Position numbers and translations under genes: made by a program
Origin: Clostridia bacterium
Lineage (GTDB): Bacteria; Bacillota; Clostridia; Oscillospirales; CAG-272
DNA: 41,188 nt
Reading direction: 5' to 3'
Assembly: GCA_017508465.1 (NCBI GenBank)
Contig: JAFVYW010000153.1
Location: forward strand, 1-41,188
The notes under the pieces: generated by a model
Database searches by the model: none
Told to the model about the DNA's origin: nothing
The model's input: only the letters and a program-made list of their open reading frames with translations
Shown here: one piece after another, positions 1 through 9,078 of the stretch
Position numbering within the stretch: the first letter of the stretch is position 1
Layout of the letters: the number at the start of each line of letters is the position of its first letter

Positions 1-149
1 CCGTATGTATATACGCCTATCGTTCGCAAACGAAGATTTCTGCTCTAAATTAAGCGAGCCCCAAAGGCGCTTCGCACTAAGAATTCAGCATTTTAGTGAA
101 AATTCTTATTCAATACCAACGTATGCTGAATTCTTAATGACTCAGCCCC
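1..149 (-). mobile_element. Partial copy (cut by the window edge) of the MITE-like repeat at 4867-5170, in the opposite orientation
   Basis: The reverse complement of 1-149 matches 4867-5015 with 3 substitutions by manual comparison; it ends in ...GACTCAGCCCC followed by a T-run. Confidence 0.8.
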
Positions 150-162
150 TTTTTTTATGGGG

Positions 163-238
163 TTGACTTTTATCGTTTTCATCTGTATACTAAAGATGGA
201 AAAAATATCTTGCATATTTTCCAGAAATATGTTATAAT
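163..238 (+). promoter_or_regulatory. Two tandem sigma-A-type promoters upstream of mgsA
   Basis: TTGACT(163-168)-17 bp-TATACT(186-191) and TTGCAT(210-215)-17 bp-TATAAT(233-238, with an extended -10 TG). Confidence 0.65.
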
Positions 239-301
239 AACGACGGTAAATCCGTATTTTACCGATGATACCTATCGGAATTCAATAAAAAGGAAAAGAA
301 A

Positions 302-691
302 ATGAAAATTGCTTTAATTGCACACGACAAGAAAAAGAGCGAGATTATCGAGGTAGCAAAGAAGTATCGCGATGTCCTCGCAGAGCATGAACTCTACGCC
401 ACAGGTACCACGGGTACGATGATAATGGGTGAAACGAAGCTCGATATTTTCCGCCTCAAAAGCGGTCCTCTCGGCGGTGACCAGCAGATTGGCGCGATGC
501 TTGCGAATGGTGAGCTTGACCTCGTTATCTTCCTGCGCGATCCCCTGACGGCGCAGCCGCATGAGCCGGATGTTTCTGCGCTTCTTCGCCTTTGTGATGT
601 TCAACGCATCCCCCTCGCTACCAATGCGACGAGCGCAGTGATTATGCTCGAAGCCCTGAAAAACAAAACATTTTATCAAATGGTGAAATAA
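302..691 (+). CDS. mgsA: Methylglyoxal synthase
   Basis: Motifs [44 protein letters not shown] and PLATN; AAGGA RBS. Confidence 0.97.
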   Translation: MKIALIAHDKKKSEIIEVAKKYRDVLAEHELYATGTTGTMIMGETKLDIFRLKSGPLGGDQQIGAMLANGELDLVIFLRDPLTAQPHEPDVSALLRLCDVQRIPLATNATSAVIMLEALKNKTFYQMVK

Positions 692-703
692 GGAGAAAAG
701 CGT

Positions 704-1429
704 ATGATTCGCGTGCTTGTATGGAACGAATTTGTTCATGAAAAAACCGAGGACGCCGTATTGGCGGTTTATCCGGAAGGCATTCATCAGGCGATCGCTG
801 GCTTCCTTTCGGAAAACGAAGATTTTGAAGTCAGGACCGCTACACTCGATGATGTGGAATGTGGTCTTACCGAAGAAGTTCTTGCCGAGACCGATGTTAT
901 CATCTGGTGGGGACATATGGCGCACAACCGAGTGCCCGATGAAGTTGCTGAACGCGTATATAATGCCGTTCTCTCGGGCATGGGCTTTATCGGACTTCAT
1001 AGCGCCCACCATTCCAAGCCCTTCCGCCGCCTGATGGGTACGGGGGCAGACCTCGGCTGGCGTGAGGATGGGGATTGGGAGCGTCTGTGGGTTATCAATC
1101 ACAACCATCCCATTATGGCAGGCATCACCGAGCGTTATATTGAGCTTGCGCATGAAGAAACCTATGCCGAGCCCTTTACCATTCCGAATCCTGACGAGGT
1201 GCTTATGATTGGTTCATACGAGGGAAGCGAGGTATTCCGTAGCGCCGTGACCTTCCATCGGGACAATGGCAGGATTTTCTACTTCCAGCCTGGACACGAG
1301 ACCTTCCCGACCTTCTACCATAAGCAAATACAGAGAATTATCACCAACGCCGTCCGCTTTGTCGCGCCCGTCTGCGAGAGAAAGACGCTCGGTTGCCCGC
1401 ATATCAGGAAAATTGAAAAAGTAACCTGA
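704..1429 (+). CDS. ThuA-domain (trehalose utilization-like) protein
   Basis: IRVLVWNE, YPEGIH, WWGH.AH, GLHSAH.SKPF and FYFQPGHETFPTFY are typical of the ThuA family; 12 bp downstream of mgsA with an AAGGAG RBS. Confidence 0.9.
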   Translation: MIRVLVWNEFVHEKTEDAVLAVYPEGIHQAIAGFLSENEDFEVRTATLDDVECGLTEEVLAETDVIIWWGHMAHNRVPDEVAERVYNAVLSGMGFIGLHSAHHSKPFRRLMGTGADLGWREDGDWERLWVINHNHPIMAGITERYIELAHEETYAEPFTIPNPDEVLMIGSYEGSEVFRSAVTFHRDNGRIFYFQPGHETFPTFYHKQIQRIITNAVRFVAPVCERKTLGCPHIRKIEKVT

Positions 1430-1445
1430 AAATCATAACTGATAC

Positions 1446-1481
1446 AAAGAAAGCTCCGGCGATTTCCGGAGCTTTCTTTTT
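1446..1481 (+). terminator. Rho-independent terminator
   Basis: AAAGAAAGCTCCGG-cgattt-CCGGAGCTTTCTTT followed by T's. Confidence 0.85.
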
Positions 1482-1502
1482 CTGAAAAAACGGGCATTTC
1501 CC

Positions 1503-1531
1503 TTGACAAAGGCGGAGGGCTGTGCTAAAAT
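1503..1531 (+). promoter_or_regulatory. Sigma-A promoter of the MFS gene
   Basis: TTGACA(1503-1508)-17 bp-TAAAAT(1526-1531) with an extended -10 TG; AGGAGG RBS at 1545-1550. Confidence 0.75.
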
Positions 1532-1556
1532 GATTTGGTAAAAAAGGAGGTGCGAA

Positions 1557-2831
1557 ATGGAAAAGTGTACATCCAGGAAGGCAATCCGCGCCTATACATG
1601 GCTCTTTTGTCTCTCTTATACGATAAGCTATATGACGCGCATCAACTATGGCGCTATTGTTTCGGCGATGGAGGAGACGCTCGGTGAGGGGAAGGATGTC
1701 CTCTCGCTCGCTCTGACATGTAGCTTTGTCACCTATGGCGTCGGTCAGATTGTCAGCGGTATGCTTGGCGACCGCTTCTCCCCGAAACGCCTTGTGGCGC
1801 TAGGCTTCCTTGTCACCACGCTGATGAACCTCCTCGTCCCCTTTTTCCCGAATCCGACGGTCATGCTTATTCTCTGGGGAATCAATGGCTTCGCACAGGC
1901 GCTTATGTGGCCTCCCATGGTTCGCATTCTCGTCGCAATGTTTGATGATGAAACATATAAAAATATTACCGCAAAAATTTCCTGCGGCGCATCGTATGGC
2001 ACGATAGCTGTCTATCTGCTCTCACCTCTCTTGCTTCTGGTATCCGACTATCGTAGCGTCTTTTGGTTCAGTAGCGCGATGGGGGCCCTGATGCTTGCTC
2101 TCTGGCTTCGCTTTGCCCCGGATGTCGGAAAAAGAGAAGAGAATCCCATATCCCTCACAGCTTCCTCCAAAGAAGCGACGCGTGGCACATGGCGCACGGT
2201 ATTCACCCCTATGTTTCTGATGATTATGGTGGGCATAGCCCTGCAAGGTATGCTGCGCGATGGTGTTACCACATGGATGCCCTCCTATATCTCCGAGATA
2301 TATGATATCAGTAATATCCTATCGATTTTGTCGGGTGTCATCATGCCTGTTTTCAGCGTGTTCTGCGTCAGACTTTCTACTCTTCTTTATCAGAAAAAGG
2401 TTAAGAATCCGACCACCCTCGCAGGCTTTTTCTTCCTTGCCAGCGCCGTAGCGGCGCTTGTCCTCTTTCTTTCCGGAGGAAAAAATCTTGTCATCTCCAT
2501 CCTCTCGTTCGCCCTTCTGATTGGTGGCATGCATGGCACAAACCTGATGCTCACCACGATGCTCCCTCCCTACTTCAAAGGGCAGGGCAAGGTCTCGACG
2601 GTCTCGGGTGTTCTCAATTCCTGTACCTATGTCGGAAGTGCCGTTTCCACCTATGGGATCGCCCTGCTTTCGACAAGGATGGGGTGGAATTTCACCGTCG
2701 CCCTCTGGGTGTTGACTGCGGTGCTTGGCGCTCTCGTCTGTCTTTTTGCTGCCCGTTTGTTTGCCCGCCGTTTTTCTCTTCCCGCTCGGGATGCAGAATC
2801 AACGCCTGGTGCAAATGCGGAGGATTCATAA
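1557..2831 (+). CDS. MFS transporter (OPA/sugar-phosphate permease-like)
   Basis: About 12 hydrophobic segments, YMTRINY in TM1, MFS motif A (GMLGDRFSPKR), and TWMPSY. Confidence 0.85.
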   Translation: MEKCTSRKAIRAYTWLFCLSYTISYMTRINYGAIVSAMEETLGEGKDVLSLALTCSFVTYGVGQIVSGMLGDRFSPKRLVALGFLVTTLMNLLVPFFPNPTVMLILWGINGFAQALMWPPMVRILVAMFDDETYKNITAKISCGASYGTIAVYLLSPLLLLVSDYRSVFWFSSAMGALMLALWLRFAPDVGKREENPISLTASSKEATRGTWRTVFTPMFLMIMVGIALQGMLRDGVTTWMPSYISEIYDISNILSILSGVIMPVFSVFCVRLSTLLYQKKVKNPTTLAGFFFLASAVAALVLFLSGGKNLVISILSFALLIGGMHGTNLMLTTMLPPYFKGQGKVSTVSGVLNSCTYVGSAVSTYGIALLSTRMGWNFTVALWVLTAVLGALVCLFAARLFARRFSLPARDAESTPGANAEDS

Positions 2832-2863
2832 ACCGCCTTCTCTGAAAATGTCGGTTTTTAGGA

Positions 2864-2919
2864 AAATCTTCACAAATCTTCACAAATTTATTGACAAAAG
2901 AGAAGCAATATGCTACAAT
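2864..2919 (+). promoter_or_regulatory. Sigma-A promoter with a tandem direct repeat just upstream of -35
   Basis: AAATCTTCAC twice (2864-2883); TTGACA(2891-2896)-17 bp-TACAAT(2914-2919). Confidence 0.7.
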
Positions 2920-2954
2920 AGTCAACAGGGGAAGTTTCTCCCGCGGAGGAAAAC

Positions 2955-4862
2955 ATGATTTTTGTTAGCGACTATTTTGCAATAGTCATAGGTATTGTAC
3001 TCATATGGTTTTACTTTGTCAATCTGCGTCTGCCATCGAGGCAAGCGGTGATTTTTGCACAGAGCCTGGTTCTGTCGGTTGTTACATCGCTCTTCGGCAT
3101 TCTCTCGGATATTGTGACAAAGTTACCTACGCACAATCACGCCTTTTGCATATTATCTCTCTCCCTGTATCATATTATAGAATATCTCGCGATGGCATGG
3201 GTTTCGCTCTATCTGATGAACAAGATTCTCGAGCATACAAACGAGAAAAAATGCGTCCGCGTCGCATCCTGGATGACCGCGATTCTCGCTATTATCTATG
3301 CGGTACTTCTTATCGTCAATGTGAACACAGGTATTGTTTTCAAAATCGAAGACGGAATTCATTCGCGCGGACCGCTGATTTATTTTGCATATGTCGCGGA
3401 TGTTCTACTCTTCTTCATGACGATACTGTGCTATGTCCGTAATCGCAGGATCGTATCGAATTCCTTGACGCGTGCTTTGCGACACACGCTCCCATTGATT
3501 GCGTTCAGTATTATTGTACAACTTGTTTTTGAGGATGTGATGCTCAGCGGTTTTATTATCGTTGTCATCAACATGGTAATCTACTTAAACTTCCAGAAAA
3601 AGCGTCTTGGTGAGCATGTCCTCACCGCCCTGGATGACCGTTCTAAGTTCTTCCAGGATCTGAATTTGCTTCTGAAGCGTCATCGCCCGCGCCAACTCTT
3701 TCTGATTAACCTGAAAAACTTTTCGGTAGTCAACCAGAAGTTCGGTCACCAATTTGGTGACGAGGTACTGTTTGTCTTTGCTCGCAGCCTGACGAGCCAG
3801 TTTGTCAAGGCAAGCGCTTATCATATGAATGGTACAGTTTTTGCTCTTTCGCTCCCTTATGTGGATAAGGTCAAATTGCAGGAGAATACCGAGAAGCTTC
3901 AGGATCTTCTTGACACGGGTATTCGTGTGGGCGATCGTCGCATCGATCTTGACTATGTCTGCGTTGAGTACATCTTAAGCGGAATCGAAAAAGAACCGCA
4001 CGAACTTTTTGACAGCATGGAATATACAGGAAGCGTCGCATATAACCGTGGCGAGCATTTCGTTTGCTATGACGAGGCGTATGCGAAAGAGATGCAAAAC
4101 CGCGCCCGACTCATAACGCTTTTGTCGACCATTGACAGCGCTCATGGATATGAAGTGTTCTATCAGCCCATCCGCGATATAAGAAAAAATGCATACGCTT
4201 CTATGGAAGCCCTGATTCGCCTTCGTGATGCAAATGGCTCGCTTGTTTCTCCCGCTCAACTGATACCCATAGCAGAAGAAACAGGTAAAATACATAACAT
4301 CACATGGTTCGTTCTGGAAGAGGTCTGCCGTACATTGAACCAGAACCCCATTTTTGCTGACATCCATGTTTCTATCAATATCTCCATGACACAGCTTCTC
4401 GATAAAGGATTCCTTCATCGTATCAATGAGATTGTCGACTCCTATCGTATCGCACACTCCCGTATCGTTTTTGAAATCACCGAGCGCGTGATGCTTGAAA
4501 ATCTCGAGGACACCGAAGCGGTTATGAAAGCGATTTCCAGTATGGGCTACGCCTTCTATCTGGATGATTTCGGCGCAGGCTGCTCAAACTTCTCAACACT
4601 GCTCCAATTGCCATTCAAATGCATTAAGCTGGACCGTGCTTTTCTCGCCAATACAATGCAGGGTAATGTCAGGACAGGTATCGTCCGTCACCTTTGTGAA
4701 ATGTTCCACGACGCAGGACTTTCCGTCACCGCCGAGGGCGCCGAATGCGCAGAGGATGTCGCCACTCTTGTGGAGTGTGGTGTTGACAGTATTCAAGGCT
4801 ACTACTTCGCCCGTCCGATGCCACTTAATACATTGATTGAATTTCTCGCCAAAGATGAATAA
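2955..4862 (+). CDS. Membrane-anchored degenerate-GGDEF/EAL protein, likely c-di-GMP phosphodiesterase
   Basis: N-terminal multi-TM region; GGDEF-domain hallmarks (LKNFSVVNQKFGHQFGDEVL) with the signature replaced by NGTVF; EAL motifs FYQPI, EALIR, SINIS, FEITE, LDDFGAG, IKLD, AEGAE and IQGYYFARPMP. Confidence 0.9.
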   Translation: MIFVSDYFAIVIGIVLIWFYFVNLRLPSRQAVIFAQSLVLSVVTSLFGILSDIVTKLPTHNHAFCILSLSLYHIIEYLAMAWVSLYLMNKILEHTNEKKCVRVASWMTAILAIIYAVLLIVNVNTGIVFKIEDGIHSRGPLIYFAYVADVLLFFMTILCYVRNRRIVSNSLTRALRHTLPLIAFSIIVQLVFEDVMLSGFIIVVINMVIYLNFQKKRLGEHVLTALDDRSKFFQDLNLLLKRHRPRQLFLINLKNFSVVNQKFGHQFGDEVLFVFARSLTSQFVKASAYHMNGTVFALSLPYVDKVKLQENTEKLQDLLDTGIRVGDRRIDLDYVCVEYILSGIEKEPHELFDSMEYTGSVAYNRGEHFVCYDEAYAKEMQNRARLITLLSTIDSAHGYEVFYQPIRDIRKNAYASMEALIRLRDANGSLVSPAQLIPIAEETGKIHNITWFVLEEVCRTLNQNPIFADIHVSINISMTQLLDKGFLHRINEIVDSYRIAHSRIVFEITERVMLENLEDTEAVMKAISSMGYAFYLDDFGAGCSNFSTLLQLPFKCIKLDRAFLANTMQGNVRTGIVRHLCEMFHDAGLSVTAEGAECAEDVATLVECGVDSIQGYYFARPMPLNTLIEFLAKDE

Positions 4863-4866
4863 AAAA

Positions 4867-5170
4867 GGGGCTGAGTCATTAAGAATTCAGCATACTTTGG
4901 TATTGAATAAGAATTTTCACTAAAATGCTGAATTCTTAGTGCGAAGCGCCTTTGGGGCTCGCTTGATTTAGAGCAGAAATCTTCGTTTGTGAACGATAGG
5001 CGTATATACATACGGCAAGCGAGCAAACGGAGATAGAACGAAAAACCTAAATAAAAAAAGAGAAAACCGTAGGTTTTGACCTTAGTTTTCTCTTAATCTG
5101 TAAACGACAGAGGCACATTGATTGTACCTCTGTCGTTTTTCGTTCGGTTATGCCTAAATGAAGCAGCCCC
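4867..5170. mobile_element. 304-bp non-autonomous MITE-like element with imperfect terminal inverted repeats
   Basis: Left end GGGGCTGAGTCATTAAG and right end (reverse complement) GGGGCTGCTTCATTTAG; near-identical second copy at 1-149; no transposase-sized ORF; lies between convergent genes. Confidence 0.75.
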
Positions 5171-5186
5171 TTTTTATGTAAAACAA

Positions 5187-6515
5187 TTATTCGGCAGCCT
5201 CGCCGCTCATGACAACGATATTCGTTACATGGGTGTTCAGGCCGTTGTACCAGTAAACGAAACCGGTAACATCGATAACATCGCCAACCATCATGGTAGC
5301 GACGGTCTGATATACTTCACTTTCAGGACCAGTGAGGTAACGCTCAACACAGAAGGAGTATTCCCCTTCGCCCAAACCAAGGGTGAGGTAAATATCATCA
5401 CCAGGCTCATCATTCTTGTAGGAGATTGCCTTTACAGTAAGTCCCTTGAAGACAGCAAGCTGGTTCTGGTAGTGGATAAGAGTATCCATGCCGAGCTTCG
5501 CGGTAAGGTCAACGGGAGTAGCCACCCACTCGCCTTCGAGAACCTCGAAGGAGCAGTCAGTGATTTCCACTTCACCCGACCATTCAGCCTTGTAACCGGT
5601 AACGCGGATTTTTTGACCGACAACGAGTGCTTCGCTCTCTTCTTCGGTACAGGTCATTTCATATGCGAAATATGCGCCATCCTCGTCCTGAAGATAAACG
5701 GTGATTTTGTTATCCCACCAGGACTGTGTTGCCTGAACATACGCCTCGATAACAACTTCGCTTTCCAGGGGCGCGTTGATGTAATCAAGATAAGTCATCG
5801 CACCTTCGCCCTTTTGCGCCTTGCTCATCGATACGATGTGAGGGTTCGCGCCATTGTACCAGTAGAGGAAACCAATAACATCAACAACATCGCCAGCCTT
5901 GAGAGTGCTTACATACTCATAAAGAGCAGTTTCAGGACCAGTGAGGTAACGCTCAACACAGAAATCATAGTCGGCGCCGTTTTTGGTAAAGGTAAGGTAA
6001 ATATCATCGCCTGGCTCGTTGTTCTTGTAGGAAACAGACTTGACGGTCATGCCCTTGAAGAGTGCAAGCTCGTTCTGATGCTTGATGAGGTCATCGGTGC
6101 CGAGCTTCGCGGTAAGGTCAGTGGGAGTAGCCACCCAGTTGCCCTCGAGAACCTCAAAGGAGCAGTCGATAATTTCCACTTCACCCGACCATTCAGCCTT
6201 GTAACCGGTAACGCGGATTTTCTGTCCCTTTACAAGAGATGCGCTCTCCTCTTCGGTACAAGCCATCTCGTACGCGAAATATGCGCCATCCTCATCCTGA
6301 AGATAAACGGTGATCTTGTTATCCCACCAGGACTGTGTCGCCTGAACATATGCTTCGATGACAACTTCGCTCTCCACAGCGGCTGCCATATATTCAGCAT
6401 GTGTCATAACCTTGACATCGTCTTCGTCAGGGGGCGTGGGAGGTGTGGGCTGTACGCAGGAGAAGCATGCGAGAGCCATGACAAGAACAAGAAGAAATGC
6501 GAGTAATTTTTTCAT
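5187..6515 (-). CDS. Lipoprotein with two tandem ~203-aa repeats, probably built from OB folds; function unknown
   Basis: Signal peptide with lipobox-like Cys (ALACFSC), Pro-rich linker, then a duplicated unit (EVVIEAYVQATQSWWDNKITVYLQDEDGAYF...GQKIRVTG...GDV.DV.GF.YWYNG) at a 609-bp offset. Confidence 0.8.
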   Translation of the reverse strand: MKKLLAFLLVLVMALACFSCVQPTPPTPPDEDDVKVMTHAEYMAAAVESEVVIEAYVQATQSWWDNKITVYLQDEDGAYFAYEMACTEEESASLVKGQKIRVTGYKAEWSGEVEIIDCSFEVLEGNWVATPTDLTAKLGTDDLIKHQNELALFKGMTVKSVSYKNNEPGDDIYLTFTKNGADYDFCVERYLTGPETALYEYVSTLKAGDVVDVIGFLYWYNGANPHIVSMSKAQKGEGAMTYLDYINAPLESEVVIEAYVQATQSWWDNKITVYLQDEDGAYFAYEMTCTEEESEALVVGQKIRVTGYKAEWSGEVEITDCSFEVLEGEWVATPVDLTAKLGMDTLIHYQNQLAVFKGLTVKAISYKNDEPGDDIYLTLGLGEGEYSFCVERYLTGPESEVYQTVATMMVGDVIDVTGFVYWYNGLNTHVTNIVVMSGEAAE

Positions 6516-6555
6516 TTTTCTCTTTCCTTTCGAAAAAAATATATTTCCAAAAAAT

Positions 6556-6584
6556 ATTATACAACAAAAGAGTGGCTATGTCAA
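6556..6584 (-). promoter_or_regulatory. Consensus sigma-A promoter for the repeat lipoprotein
   Basis: Minus strand reads TTGACA(6584-6579)-17 bp-TATAAT(6561-6556). Confidence 0.8.
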
Positions 6585-6595
6585 GAATGAAAAGT

Positions 6596-8194
6596 TTATT
6601 TTTTTCGTCTCTGTTTTACATAGCCTATTGTGCAATATGCTATAATTCCGCACCAGACAACACCGAGCGCAATAAGAAGGACAATCGATCCTGTCGGCAT
6701 TTTGCCAAGATCGATATAAGCGTCCGTCAGCTCAATCTGGTCGAGGCGATAGAGCGCCGTCATCTCATCAAAGAGGTTTTCTATGAATGCGTTGTCAACT
6801 GTTTTGTTGCGCCTCACCGCCTTTGTGACCTCTTCGATCATCTGTCCCGCCGCCTGACGCGCCGAGGCAGAGCCGTTGAATACAGGGGTGACAAAGGTGT
6901 GTTCCGTGTTCGCGAGCATAAGCTTTGCCGCCTGGATTTTGATGGCGTAATGGGCGTCGTTGTCCTCGCCTTCGCGCGCAAGGTAATCAAGGTATTCAGG
7001 GTTCTGCTGCGCCTTTTTTGTGACGGGAACATAGCCTTCCGTCTGCGAGTAGGCAATCTGTACCTCGTCGGTCAGCAGATATTGCACAAACAACCAGGAG
7101 GCAAGCACCTCGCCGGGGTCCTCTTTGTTGAAGATACAGACGGACGGTCCCTGTGAAATCATCACAGGCTCTTCGACATTGACCTGGGGAATGGGGCGTA
7201 CCACGGTCTCAAAATCCACGAGGTTTTCCTCGGAGATATCTGACAGAGGCGCGTCCGAGCCCATCCAGGAGGCACCCGCCGTCGAGTCAATGGCGAAAAT
7301 GCATTGACCTGCATTCAGGAAGTTGCCGGGATAGGAGGAGATGCCGAAGGTGGAAAAGGCGCGGTTTTCCACATGAGGTACAAGCCCGAGCAGAATTTCC
7401 TTTGTCGTGTCATTGAACATCAGGATTTTCGCATCCGCGGAGGTGTATTGCGCACCCATCTGCTTGAGCATCTGTATCATCATGTTGTCGGTGGATTTAT
7501 AAATGAAGGGGATCATTGTTTTCTGACCATTGACCTTGTAGGTGCCGTCGGGGTTCTTTTCTGTCGCTTTGTCACTCACCTCGAAGATAAAATCCCATGT
7601 CAGAACATCGGGGACCTCGTAGCCGAGCTTTTCGACAAGGTCGCGGTTGATATAGCATGCCTCGGTCGAACGCATAAAGGGCATCGCGTATTGCGCGCCG
7701 CCGAACTGACCTTCGATAAGGAACTTGTCTACCATCTCTTCCTTTGTCGGTGCATCGAAATTGACGCCGTCAGCGCCGAGACCAAAGGTCTCATCGTTGA
7801 TGAGTGAGTCGAGAGGGACAATAATATTCTTTCCCGTATTGTAGGTGGCTATATGGTCGGGATAAGAAATGGCGATATTTGGTGTCGTGCCCGTCGAGAT
7901 ATTCGTGATGGCATCCTTATAAATATCATTATAGTTGGTGTAATAGCGGTTGACAATGTGGATGTTCGGGTAAATCTTCTCGAAATCCGCCGCCGCTTTT
8001 TCATAAATGTTCTTTTGCGAGATGTTCGAGTCGTTCTTCGACCAGAACACAATCTCATACTGCTTTGTGGTATCAAAGGTCTCGGGTACCTCGAAGGGAG
8101 GCGGTGCTTCCACCTTCGCACCATGGCAGGAAAAGAGAGAAAGAAGAGAGAGGAGAAGGGTGAGGGAGAGAAATAAGGAAACGATTCTTTTCAT
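6596..8194 (-). CDS. ABC transporter solute-binding lipoprotein (CUT1/UgpB-like) with an extra C-terminal TM helix
   Basis: Lipobox LFSC; PNIAISYPDH, YAMPFMRSTE, SQGPSVCIF, ASWLFVQYL and EGYVPV; overlaps the permease stop codon; hydrophobic C-terminal segment followed by KQRRKK. Confidence 0.9.
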   Translation of the reverse strand: MKRIVSLFLSLTLLLSLLSLFSCHGAKVEAPPPFEVPETFDTTKQYEIVFWSKNDSNISQKNIYEKAAADFEKIYPNIHIVNRYYTNYNDIYKDAITNISTGTTPNIAISYPDHIATYNTGKNIIVPLDSLINDETFGLGADGVNFDAPTKEEMVDKFLIEGQFGGAQYAMPFMRSTEACYINRDLVEKLGYEVPDVLTWDFIFEVSDKATEKNPDGTYKVNGQKTMIPFIYKSTDNMMIQMLKQMGAQYTSADAKILMFNDTTKEILLGLVPHVENRAFSTFGISSYPGNFLNAGQCIFAIDSTAGASWMGSDAPLSDISEENLVDFETVVRPIPQVNVEEPVMISQGPSVCIFNKEDPGEVLASWLFVQYLLTDEVQIAYSQTEGYVPVTKKAQQNPEYLDYLAREGEDNDAHYAIKIQAAKLMLANTEHTFVTPVFNGSASARQAAGQMIEEVTKAVRRNKTVDNAFIENLFDEMTALYRLDQIELTDAYIDLGKMPTGSIVLLIALGVVWCGIIAYCTIGYVKQRRKK

Positions 8195-9066
8195 CCTTTT
8201 GTACCTCCTCTTGCGACACCTTCCATAACTCTGTCACGGAAGATTAAGAATAGAATAATCAGGGGCAGTGAGACGGAAACGACCGCTGCCATCATCGCGG
8301 GGACATTATCTCGTCCGAAGCCGCTTTCGCGAATGGCCTGAATGCCATTGGAAACGAGATAGTATCTCTCATTGTCGGTGATAAGTCTTGGCCAGACATA
8401 AGAGTTCCAGCACTCGATTATCTTCAGAATAATTATGGTAATTACGGTGGGCTTTGAAATGGGGAGCATCACGCGCCAGAGATAGACGATATCACGCGTG
8501 CCGTCGACCTTCGCCGCAAGATATAGCTCATCGGGAATCTGCGCGAAATTCTCTTTGAGCAGATAGATATAGAACACGCTCGTAATCGAGGGCAGAATCA
8601 GACCGGTAAAGGTGTTACGCAGGTTCATATCGGTGATGGTGACATAGTTTGTGATAACGACAAGCTCGGTCGGTATCATCATCAGGGCAAGAAAAAGGGT
8701 AAAGGCAATATTCTTGCCGGGGAAGTCGAGTCTGGCAAACGCGAAAGCGGCAAACACCGTCACCACAAGCATGAGCGCAGTTGTCAGAAGGGTGTAAATC
8801 AGGGTGTTCAGGAAGTAAGAAAAGAGGGGAACCGCGGTGAACGCTTCGATGTAATTCTCGAAGGTCGGACTTAAAGTGAAGAATTTCGGGACAAACTCCG
8901 CGTTATAGGAGGCGAAGGATTTGAAGCTCGAGAGAAGCATCCAGTAGAAAGGGAAGAGAACAAGCAGTGCCCATATGCCGAGCGCGGTATAAATCAGCGC
9001 GCTTAAAATCTTTGAGAGCCGCTTGTTTTTCTTTTCTGAAAGGAGGTAACTTGATACAGTACTCAT
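8191..9066 (-). CDS. Carbohydrate ABC transporter permease (MalG/UgpE type)
   Basis: FPFYWMLLSSFK, AAFAFARLDFPGK, EAA-loop variant ELYLAAKVDG, and WNSYVWP. Confidence 0.93.
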   Translation of the reverse strand: MSTVSSYLLSEKKNKRLSKILSALIYTALGIWALLVLFPFYWMLLSSFKSFASYNAEFVPKFFTLSPTFENYIEAFTAVPLFSYFLNTLIYTLLTTALMLVVTVFAAFAFARLDFPGKNIAFTLFLALMMIPTELVVITNYVTITDMNLRNTFTGLILPSITSVFYIYLLKENFAQIPDELYLAAKVDGTRDIVYLWRVMLPISKPTVITIIILKIIECWNSYVWPRLITDNERYYLVSNGIQAIRESGFGRDNVPAMMAAVVSVSLPLIILFLIFRDRVMEGVARGGTKG

Positions 9067-9078
9067 GCCGCACCTCCT

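Noticed and set aside
3640-4060. Active diguanylate cyclase
   Set aside because: The GGDEF signature is replaced by NGTVF, so only the EAL domain looks catalytic.
4802-5026. 74-aa ORF as a transposase remnant within the MITE
   Set aside because: It runs out of the element into the antisense of the EAL gene and shows no DDE or HUH motif that I can recognise.
5118-6506. 462-aa plus-strand ORF with an internal repeat
   Set aside because: Antisense shadow of the repeat lipoprotein, which has the signal peptide, RBS and promoter; the shadow starts inside the MITE.
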